In this document: one piece after another, positions 39,160 through 47,130 of the stretch
Layout of the letters: each line of letters starts with the position of its first letter
Position numbering within the stretch: the first letter of the stretch is position 1
NCBI GenBank assembly: GCA_030599585.1
Contig: JAUVNS010000003.1
Span: forward strand, 192,001 to 256,000
Origin: Promethearchaeota archaeon
Lineage (GTDB): Archaea; Asgardarchaeota; Lokiarchaeia; Sigyniarchaeales; SOKP01
Length of the DNA stretch: 64,000 nucleotides
Direction of reading: 5' to 3'
Program-made: the position numbers and the translations under genes
Notes under the pieces: model-generated
What the model was told of the DNA's origin: nothing
Database searches by the model: none
The model's input: only the letters and a program-made list of their open reading frames with translations

Positions 39160-40089
39160 TTAAATTGATTTGAATGTTCTCAGGTGTTCCATCATTCCTA
39201 CACCAATTTCACCAGTATTTAAATCTTGAACAATAGCCATTTGTTCAAATAATTCCGTATATCCTCCAGAGAAATTTCGAGCAAACCGAATAAAAGAATT
39301 TTCTCCGAACCGCTTTGCTTTTATGGTATGATTTGCTCCGGAAATATCTTCAAATACATATGCCGTAGAGAGAGGGCTTTTAAATGAGTCTGTGTCGTAT
39401 ATTGTATCGATGTCTAATTTGGATAGTTCTACATTTCCCTTTGTATTCGATATATGACCTGATAAATCTATTTTTTCATTAGCATAATCTTTTCGGAAAG
39501 CACAAGACCAATTTTTAAATTGGAAATGACCAGCATACCATTTATCAAACTGATGCCAATCTCGGAATCCCCAACTTTTATCGCGCTGTCCAAATCCATT
39601 CAAATTTATGATTTCTCCATTTTGCTTAATAAGTTTTCCAGTTACTATTCCCGATGACTCAAAATGCTGATGCCAAGATTTAGAAGAATCCATACCAAAA
39701 TTGTAGGTTGGAAATCTCGTCTTAAAATGTAATTCAAGGCTTAGTTTTCGCGATTTGTAATTTATTATCCATTCCTCAAATGGTTTAACTAGCGTGTACG
39801 AGAGCCTATTCTCACGTAACATAACATTTAAGTCGTCGCTATAATCCTGCAGGTGGGGTTCCTTATAGTACACTTCATTCCGATCTTTTAAGAATAAAAG
39901 AAATACGAATTCTCTTTTTTTTTCATTCGGAACAATCCCAATTGTTGAAAATCCTGAAATTTTATTTTCCAAATCTGCCCAATTAAAATAGTAAGATTCC
40001 CGCCATTTTAATTCGTTAGTTGGTTGATGTAGTAGTTCATCACGATTATCTAAATCAGGGGGTAGGCTATTTTTGCCCATACCATTCAT
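39160..40089 (-). CDS. AttH/tocopherol-cyclase/CrtC-like beta-barrel protein
   Basis: WRESYYF, HFE, GFGQRDKSWGFRDW. Confidence 0.65.
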   Translation of the reverse strand: MNGMGKNSLPPDLDNRDELLHQPTNELKWRESYYFNWADLENKISGFSTIGIVPNEKKREFVFLLFLKDRNEVYYKEPHLQDYSDDLNVMLRENRLSYTLVKPFEEWIINYKSRKLSLELHFKTRFPTYNFGMDSSKSWHQHFESSGIVTGKLIKQNGEIINLNGFGQRDKSWGFRDWHQFDKWYAGHFQFKNWSCAFRKDYANEKIDLSGHISNTKGNVELSKLDIDTIYDTDSFKSPLSTAYVFEDISGANHTIKAKRFGENSFIRFARNFSGGYTELFEQMAIVQDLNTGEIGVGMMEHLRTFKSI

Positions 40090-41243
40090 TCCTCAGGGAG
40101 TAAATATAGCGATGGACCTTCTTTTCTTTTCTTAGATTTACTCCGAAAAAGTCTAGGGATACCCGGATCAAAATCGCTCTCCATAAACATTGGTACGTAA
40201 GTATTCATCGTTTTCTCCGTAAGATCCCAATTTATATCACTAGTAATTCCCACAAAATTAGTATATCTCGCATATCCATAACAGTATGCGTATGCTCCAG
40301 CAATTAACCTTTGTTTTCTATCCCATTTCGAAAACTTCAAAAATAATTCTTTATTTGCTCTTTCCGAATAGTCTTTAAAAGATTCTAAAATGTCTAAATC
40401 AAGATTTTTAACTTTTTCCCCACTACGAGTAAAGAGGGAGACACCTGTAATATTGTTCGTAAAATCTTGAGGAATTGTTTCAAGAGTGGCAAAATCGTCG
40501 AAATTGATATCTACATCTTTCAATCGGAAAGCAAATGCAATATTGTTAAAAGGTGCTTTAGCATTGGTTTCAGACCAGGGAAAATGAGGCATGCCACCAT
40601 CGTAAAGATGTGAAATCTCTCTAAAAACTAAACTTTCGTTATCATTAATTTTATATGGTCCATGATCACATATCTTTGCCCTTGCTTCACATTCGTCCAG
40701 AAAAGAAACAACCTCAAGATTAGCTACAGTTCTTTTTAATTTGATCACTTCTTCTTTAGAAAGGTCTACGATATTATTTAAGGCTTGATTAACAGTAGAA
40801 TGATCCAAAACCATGTTCTTTTTGTTAGAATCATAAACCGATATTTTACAATCCCTGAAATAAGAAGTGGCTAACCTTTTCCAGAAATCTAATACAAATA
40901 AGGTTTGGTTTCTTTTCTCTAGACTTTCACTTTTAGAATCACCCCCGTTCCTTTGAATTTCTCCCATTCTTCCAATCATATAGTACAACGGAATATAAAA
41001 AATACTTAGAGCATTAATTTCAGACAAGATCTTTCGACTTTCCCGCCCCATAATTTCAGGAGTTGTTTTTTCAGAGATTTTTTTCAAAATATCATATAAC
41101 ATATCGTAAGCGTTATAAAACGATACGCAAATATAAGCAGTTACGGGGAAAAGCTGTGTCTCTAAAAGACCTCGTCTTGATACTTGGTAATCGACTAGCT
41201 CGGAAGCATGAGCTATTAATTCGTTTGCTTCTTTTACGTCCAT
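40086..41243 (-). CDS. hypothetical protein, candidate substrate-binding partner of the split dikinase
   Basis: 385-aa ORF overlapping the next gene by ATGA; FLDECEAR..ICDHGPY, FPWSE motifs. Confidence 0.6.
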   Translation of the reverse strand: MDVKEANELIAHASELVDYQVSRRGLLETQLFPVTAYICVSFYNAYDMLYDILKKISEKTTPEIMGRESRKILSEINALSIFYIPLYYMIGRMGEIQRNGGDSKSESLEKRNQTLFVLDFWKRLATSYFRDCKISVYDSNKKNMVLDHSTVNQALNNIVDLSKEEVIKLKRTVANLEVVSFLDECEARAKICDHGPYKINDNESLVFREISHLYDGGMPHFPWSETNAKAPFNNIAFAFRLKDVDINFDDFATLETIPQDFTNNITGVSLFTRSGEKVKNLDLDILESFKDYSERANKELFLKFSKWDRKQRLIAGAYAYCYGYARYTNFVGITSDINWDLTEKTMNTYVPMFMESDFDPGIPRLFRSKSKKRKEGPSLYLLPEE

Positions 41244-41405
41244 AAGTTAATCCTTCAAAATCTTTCCTTTTATATTTAATTTTAAACTTAATTCTATTTA
41301 AATCTATGAAATTGTTTTAAGTTTTTTAAATACATTTAATTACAATATTTAAGATTTTGATATATTGAACACTAAGAAAGAAATTACCCCGCGGGAATTA
41401 TTTAT

Positions 41406-41762
41406 ATGAGAAAAGTTGGTGAAGGCTTGTCATGCTCATCTAAATCAGAGGTTACAGGGAATCTCGTTCATGTTACTAAGATTGAAGACGTGATCGATCT
41501 GTTTGATAAAGCAAAAGGAAAAATATGTTTAGTACACGATGCAGGAATAACAACGTTAGGACCAATTTTATCAGATCTAGCAGGAACTATTTGTACTACG
41601 GGTGGTGCTGGTTCCCACCTAGCTATTATCTCGAGAGAGTTTGGAATCCCTTGCATCATGGGAATTAAAATCTCTACTAACGAGATACCATTACTAATTG
41701 ATAAAAAAGTAAAAATTACACACGATGGAGAAGATAAGGGTTTTTTATATATTGAGGATTAA
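41406..41762 (+). CDS. standalone PEP-utilising mobile (phospho-His swivel) domain
   Basis: GGAGSHLAIISREFGIPCIMG. Confidence 0.9.
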   Translation: MRKVGEGLSCSSKSEVTGNLVHVTKIEDVIDLFDKAKGKICLVHDAGITTLGPILSDLAGTICTTGGAGSHLAIISREFGIPCIMGIKISTNEIPLLIDKKVKITHDGEDKGFLYIED

Positions 41763-41801
41763 GTCCTTGGTTAATACTAAGAAAATTTTCGCAATCACAT
41801 T

Positions 41802-42779
41802 ATGACTTATATCACAAGTTTAAAAGAAGGCAAAGAAGATACTCAACTTTTTGGAGGGAAAGCATCTAACCTTTTTACATTACTTAAAAATGAGATTAAT
41901 GTCCCTCCCGGGTACGCTATAAATACTAAAGCTTACACATTGTTCCTCGAAGAATCTCACATTAAATCTTTCATTGAAGAAATTTTTGTAGAAGAGTATA
42001 GCCCAAAAGAAGTAATTGAAATTTCAACTAAGATCAAGAATTTATTCTTAACTTCTGAAATACCATCAAATATAATCTCAGAGATACAACAAAATCATAT
42101 CAAAGAATTTTCAGATAACGACGAGCATACATCTTATGTAGTTAGATCGTCGGCTAATTATGAGGACTCAAGTAGTTTTTCGTTCGCTGGACAAGCTCAA
42201 TCGTTTCTTAATATCAGAAGCATCTCAGAAATCATTTTATCGATAAAAATGTGTTGGGCTTCTTTATTTTCTCCTCAAATTCTATTATATCTTTTACAAT
42301 TAAACAAAAAGGGATTTAATATTACTCCTTTGAATTTAGAAATGGCGATTGTAGTTCAAAAAATGTTAAAGCCCCAAGTTTCAGGCGTATTATTCACTGC
42401 AAATGTAATCAACAACGATAAAGACCAAATGATGATTAATTCTACTTGGGGTCTTGGTGAAACAATCACCAACAACACAATTATTCCCGATTTGATAATA
42501 GTGAAAAAAGATAATTGCGATATAGTGAAAATTGCAATTGGAGAAAAAGGGAAAACATCTATTGCGAATCCAAAAGGCGATTCTACTATTCTTATTGACA
42601 CTGAACAGGAAATTCAGGAATTATGTTCTCTAAATCCATCACAACTTAGGCAACTTCATACTTTGGGCTTAAAGTTGGAAGAGCTTTTTAAATATCCTCA
42701 AGATATTGAATGGGCAATAGAAAACAACATATTATTCGCTTTACAGTCGCGACCTATCACAACGCTACCAAAAAATTAA
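41802..42779 (+). CDS. standalone PEP-synthase/PPDK N-terminal ATP-grasp domain
   Basis: GGKASNL, VPPG, VRSSA..ED..SFAGQ, SGVLFT, WGLGE, PQDIEW, LQSRPIT, then stop. Confidence 0.93.
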   Translation: MTYITSLKEGKEDTQLFGGKASNLFTLLKNEINVPPGYAINTKAYTLFLEESHIKSFIEEIFVEEYSPKEVIEISTKIKNLFLTSEIPSNIISEIQQNHIKEFSDNDEHTSYVVRSSANYEDSSSFSFAGQAQSFLNIRSISEIILSIKMCWASLFSPQILLYLLQLNKKGFNITPLNLEMAIVVQKMLKPQVSGVLFTANVINNDKDQMMINSTWGLGETITNNTIIPDLIIVKKDNCDIVKIAIGEKGKTSIANPKGDSTILIDTEQEIQELCSLNPSQLRQLHTLGLKLEELFKYPQDIEWAIENNILFALQSRPITTLPKN

Positions 42780-42833
42780 ATTTTTTTCCGCAGAATCCAC
42801 AACAAAAATTGATTGAGAGATAGTTATTAAAAA

Positions 42834-43292
42834 TTATTTGAGAAATGCTCTCTTTCCTAAATAAATAAAAAGTTCTCCTAATTCAAAAACGGTTAGTGGA
42901 AAGATTAAATTTGCCATAGCATGACGTAAATCCTGCTTATCTTTACCAGCGACCATTAGTTTCTCAATATCTTCAACGTAATCATCCATATTCATGAATA
43001 ATATCTCAATTTTATCGCAACCAGTTAATTCCTCTATATCTTTATCCAAATGCGTTTCAACCTGGTTTAAAAGTCCTAATTTTAACTTTGGTTCTAACTC
43101 ATATTTGGATATGATTTCATTGATCTCTTCAAGAATTATATTTATGGTTAAGTTCCAATCTTTATTATCCTTATATTTGGGAATTAATACTTCGCTAATT
43201 ATTATTTCAAAAAGAGTTTGGGGTGCTTTATCGTCAAATTCTACCTCTGAACCATTCCTTAATTTTATTGTTTTAACCATTTCCAACCTCAA
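42834..43292 (-). CDS. hypothetical protein
   Basis: 152-aa ORF with ordinary composition. Confidence 0.65.
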   Translation of the reverse strand: MRLEMVKTIKLRNGSEVEFDDKAPQTLFEIIISEVLIPKYKDNKDWNLTINIILEEINEIISKYELEPKLKLGLLNQVETHLDKDIEELTGCDKIEILFMNMDDYVEDIEKLMVAGKDKQDLRHAMANLIFPLTVFELGELFIYLGKRAFLK

Positions 43293-43578
43293 CTCAATTA
43301 ATAAATTCTTCTTATTAATTAATAGACTAGGTTTTTATAAATTTTTTCGAACTTTTTAATTCGCGATTTGGCCATAACTATTCAAACTTTACACCAATTA
43401 AACTACGAGCATCTAAATACTACTTTTCTAAAAAACCCCCGACGATTTATTAAAGGTTTAAACTATTTTTACTATCTGTTCTTCTTGTTTTTTAAATAAA
43501 TTAAAAAATTAACTATTTATAACGACTAAATTATATTAAATTTTAAAGTTTTGAAACATTAATTTTATTAAAATTAAT

Positions 43579-44364
43579 GTGTGGCGAATAATGGAATTTA
43601 AAAAAATTTTGATTACTAATTTTGTTAAGAAATCTCTTGAAACCTATATCATAGATTTGGAATTTAAGAATGAAATAGGTAAAATCAAAATTGGTACTCT
43701 TGCGAGTTTAAGTCAAGAGCTTGTACAAGGTAGATTTTATGATGAGGAACCAGAATTACTATTATTACCTAGACCTGGTGTGTCCTTTCAATTAGGATTA
43801 GGCCCACTTACATTCAATGATACTAGTACTAAAAATCAACTCCAAGTTGGAAGTAATTTTCTTAAAATTATATTAAAAAGATATGAGAAGTGGGGTACGG
43901 AATATAATAAGATCAAGGAAATTTTTCAGCTCTTATATCCAATTTTAGAAGATATCACTATTAAAGGCTTTCAAATTGCTTGTATAAATAAATTTGATGA
44001 TATTAGAAGAGAGGAGGGGTTTCTTTTAAGTAATTTTTTTACACATTCTGTTGAATCCGATTTAAAAATAGAGTATGAAGATTTTCACCTAGGATTTGTC
44101 CCTCACCAATTAAAGAGAGATGATGAGATTGAAAAGATTGTTCTTAAATTACGCGGTAATCCTCCGAAAGACTCTGATTTCTTTCTTTTTAAGCTAGAGA
44201 GCCTTTTTTTTAAACGGAACTTAAATGTTAAGTTTTCTGATCCGAAATTGCTTAGTAGTATTAATTATGGGCATGATTTTCTAAATTATTTATTCGTAAA
44301 TTCCTTGAGTGATATTTATCGCAAAAGAATTGGATTATCTTTTGAATATTTAGAAGAAGGTTAA
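43579..44364 (+). CDS. TIGR04255-like protein
   Basis: pattern LE.YII.LEF / F...LQV...L.....Y..W / F.I..IN.F / H..L..LF...LS matches my recollection of the family. Confidence 0.6.
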   Translation: MWRIMEFKKILITNFVKKSLETYIIDLEFKNEIGKIKIGTLASLSQELVQGRFYDEEPELLLLPRPGVSFQLGLGPLTFNDTSTKNQLQVGSNFLKIILKRYEKWGTEYNKIKEIFQLLYPILEDITIKGFQIACINKFDDIRREEGFLLSNFFTHSVESDLKIEYEDFHLGFVPHQLKRDDEIEKIVLKLRGNPPKDSDFFLFKLESLFFKRNLNVKFSDPKLLSSINYGHDFLNYLFVNSLSDIYRKRIGLSFEYLEEG

Positions 44365-44382
44365 AAATGAAGGAATAATATT

Positions 44383-44916
44383 ATGGAAAGGATCGACACA
44401 ACACCTGATGAAAATTCAGAAACAGGTGAAATCAAAGAAGAGATATCAAAAAAACCATTAAATACTATAATTGAAAAAGTAACTACAGACTTTTTGGAAA
44501 GTGATAAAGATTTAGAGATTTCCGAAATTTTTAGCAGATTTATTTTAGAATTTATTGGACGAGATATATTTAATGATCCAGAATCCAATTTCAAGTTATA
44601 TGATATATTTGAACAATTTAATCAATCACTAATCAAACCACGATCAACCATAAAAGTTCCTCCAGATACCCCTCCAACAAAACCAATCCACTTTGAGGTA
44701 GATGCTAGTTTGATTGAAGAAATGATAAGAAGAGCTATTAAGGATTCAAAGATCTTTAATTTTATTCATTCATCTAAATGGAATGAGCTTAGAGTAGAAT
44801 TTTGTAAAAAAGATGAAATAAATTATCGTTGTATTGAGTCATTAGAAAAATTGATTATGTTTCTAAATCTGATGCAATTAAAAATGGAAAAATATGAATT
44901 AAAACAAGGATGGTAA
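44383..44916 (+). CDS. hypothetical protein, middle gene of three-gene cassette
   Basis: acidic N-terminus, central PPDTPP linker; 18 bp and 4 bp gaps to neighbours. Confidence 0.65.
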   Translation: MERIDTTPDENSETGEIKEEISKKPLNTIIEKVTTDFLESDKDLEISEIFSRFILEFIGRDIFNDPESNFKLYDIFEQFNQSLIKPRSTIKVPPDTPPTKPIHFEVDASLIEEMIRRAIKDSKIFNFIHSSKWNELRVEFCKKDEINYRCIESLEKLIMFLNLMQLKMEKYELKQGW

Positions 44917-44920
44917 GACC

Positions 44921-46081
44921 TTGGAAGAAAAAAAAACAATTTTAGCTTACAATTGCCAAAAGGAAATAAATATAAAAGAAATTCAACAGGGTGATGTTTT
45001 TAAAAATATTCCTTTTTACTCTCCTGATTTTTTATTAAAATCATCAATAAATGAGATTAATATAAAAATTGACAACGATGTAGAATCCATTTTTGAGGAA
45101 ATAATTAAAAAAGGCAATGTTATAAACGCAAAAAGTATCATATTTCCAACATGGGCAATTTTGGGGAGCCAAGAATGTGATATCCGTGGAGGATATGATC
45201 TCATTTTTTTTCCTTTAGTAAAATATACAGAGATAGAAAAACAAGATGAGTTTGTTAAATTTATTGAAAAGGATATCCAAGGATGGACAAGATTCATGTA
45301 TGTTCCTAAAAGTGATTTAGCAGATAATAGATTTGGACCTTTTCGAGTTTTATTACAGAATCCTTTTTATATCTCTTATGAAATTATTGAAAAGAATCTT
45401 AAACATTGTTGGGCAACGCATATAGTTGAAAAGGCAAGAAGAGTCTTTGTGGGGAAAATAATAAATCTTTTCACAAGAACACCGGTTGATGAGTTAGTTT
45501 TTATAGAATTTAATCAGATCGAAAATTATTTTCAAAAAAAATGGCAAAAGGCATGGAATAAACAAAAAACTAATCCTTATGATAAATCTGCTGATGATAT
45601 AATTGAAAAAATAATGGATTTTTATTTTTTACTCAAACATGAGAATGAACAGGTTAAATTTCAAGAATTTAAAATTCTGCCACTCAATTTGCTAGATGAA
45701 ATCATTAAATTAACTGATAAATCTTGGATTTTCATTGAAGAGAATCCATTTATTTCATTTTATGAACAATTAAAAGAAGATAAGACGCTTAATTGGTTTA
45801 TAAGATTCTATAATTTCATTGATAAAACGATTTATGGTGAAGATTCAATTTTTAAGACAATAAAAGATCGTTTAATTTTAATTCAACAGTTTGAAAGTGA
45901 GGAAGATAAGGAATTTCTTAATTATAAAGAAAAAAATATTAGAGAAGATTATCACGAATTCCCTAAAAATATATTATATTCGAGGTTAGAATCACCTACA
46001 CTTCAAGAAGAGAAATTTTTATCTTATTGCAAGCCATTTGAGAAACTTAGGGGATTTTTATCTGAAATAGGAATACTTTAA
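44921..46081 (+). CDS. hypothetical protein with N-terminal QGD..SQxCD domain (possible PemK/MazF-like)
   Basis: IQQGDVF..., AILGSQECDI..LIFFPL. Confidence 0.5.
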   Translation: MEEKKTILAYNCQKEINIKEIQQGDVFKNIPFYSPDFLLKSSINEINIKIDNDVESIFEEIIKKGNVINAKSIIFPTWAILGSQECDIRGGYDLIFFPLVKYTEIEKQDEFVKFIEKDIQGWTRFMYVPKSDLADNRFGPFRVLLQNPFYISYEIIEKNLKHCWATHIVEKARRVFVGKIINLFTRTPVDELVFIEFNQIENYFQKKWQKAWNKQKTNPYDKSADDIIEKIMDFYFLLKHENEQVKFQEFKILPLNLLDEIIKLTDKSWIFIEENPFISFYEQLKEDKTLNWFIRFYNFIDKTIYGEDSIFKTIKDRLILIQQFESEEDKEFLNYKEKNIREDYHEFPKNILYSRLESPTLQEEKFLSYCKPFEKLRGFLSEIGIL

Positions 46082-46430
46082 TAGGGAAATTCTTATCATC
46101 TCTTAATATCATGAGTATATTTTTTTTGAAGTTAAATGTTTACCTAGATATTATTAAAATTTGGCTTTATAGTCACAATATGGATATTCATGACAGGTGT
46201 AAGCAAGATAACTTCGTTAGCATGCACAAGTATCAAGATTTTACAATGTTGAGATGATATTGCGACAGACAGTAAGTATTAAAAGCTTTCTTTGCTCTTA
46301 TCACTAACCAATAACAAATAAAATTATTTTTTTTGTAATTTTTAAATTAGTAAATCGCTGTGGTACGAAAATTAATAAGAACGAGTTTCCATCTTAAGTT
46401 CAAGCGTGAGACGCAAAAATTCAAACACCA

Positions 46431-47024
46431 TTGTTGGTAATTGTGAAAGATAAAGAAGAATTGGACTGGCTTCCTTCGGATAGCGAGATTTCTTTGGAAA
46501 GGGAAGTGAACGAAGAAGGGGCGGGTTTTATCTATAATCACGAGTTTAACAAGAGAATGAGAGAACTCCATACTACATACGATCTTCGGGAAGTTATGAC
46601 CTATGAGTCCAAAGATACTGCAGAACCTATTATTATGGGGGATGTAGAAGCATTTCGCTATGGTTTTACGTACCCTGAGAGCGAGTTTCGCAACTTTACT
46701 AAGAGCACGCTCACCAAAATTTTGAAAAATTTCGTTGAATTCTCTAGTTTAGCCGATATTCCTATAGCAAAAAGTATAGTTAATAACCCAACCAACATAG
46801 TCTTTAGTTATAACGAACTTGTTCATAACACTGTAATGTTTTTAACGCAACTTTTTGACTTAGAAGGCGTTAGAGCGCAGGTTAAGGCTTACTTAATGAA
46901 CCCTCATACATATAAAACAAGGGGATTAATACCTGCTTTAGAATATTTGCTCACTAATGAGCCTCGTATTACTGAATCGGAAAAGAGCGTGATTTCAAAG
47001 ATGTTAAATTTTTTACAAGAATAA
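46431..47024 (+). CDS. hypothetical protein, possibly a 5'-truncated fragment
   Basis: TTG start, in-frame stop 8 codons upstream, no recognisable motif. Confidence 0.5.
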   Translation: MLVIVKDKEELDWLPSDSEISLEREVNEEGAGFIYNHEFNKRMRELHTTYDLREVMTYESKDTAEPIIMGDVEAFRYGFTYPESEFRNFTKSTLTKILKNFVEFSSLADIPIAKSIVNNPTNIVFSYNELVHNTVMFLTQLFDLEGVRAQVKAYLMNPHTYKTRGLIPALEYLLTNEPRITESEKSVISKMLNFLQE

Positions 47025-47130
47025 TTTTATTCTTTTGTTTTTGGGGCATTGAGATTATGCTTATATTTTTATTTAATGTTAATTAAGCGATAGTAAGACT
47101 AATATTGTACAAATTTCGGAAATTAGAATC

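Noticed and set aside
43393-43410. Minus-strand GCTCGTAGTTTAATTGGT resembling a tRNA 5' end (possible att remnant before the cassette)
   Set aside because: No anticodon arm, T arm or matching partner repeat; too short to support
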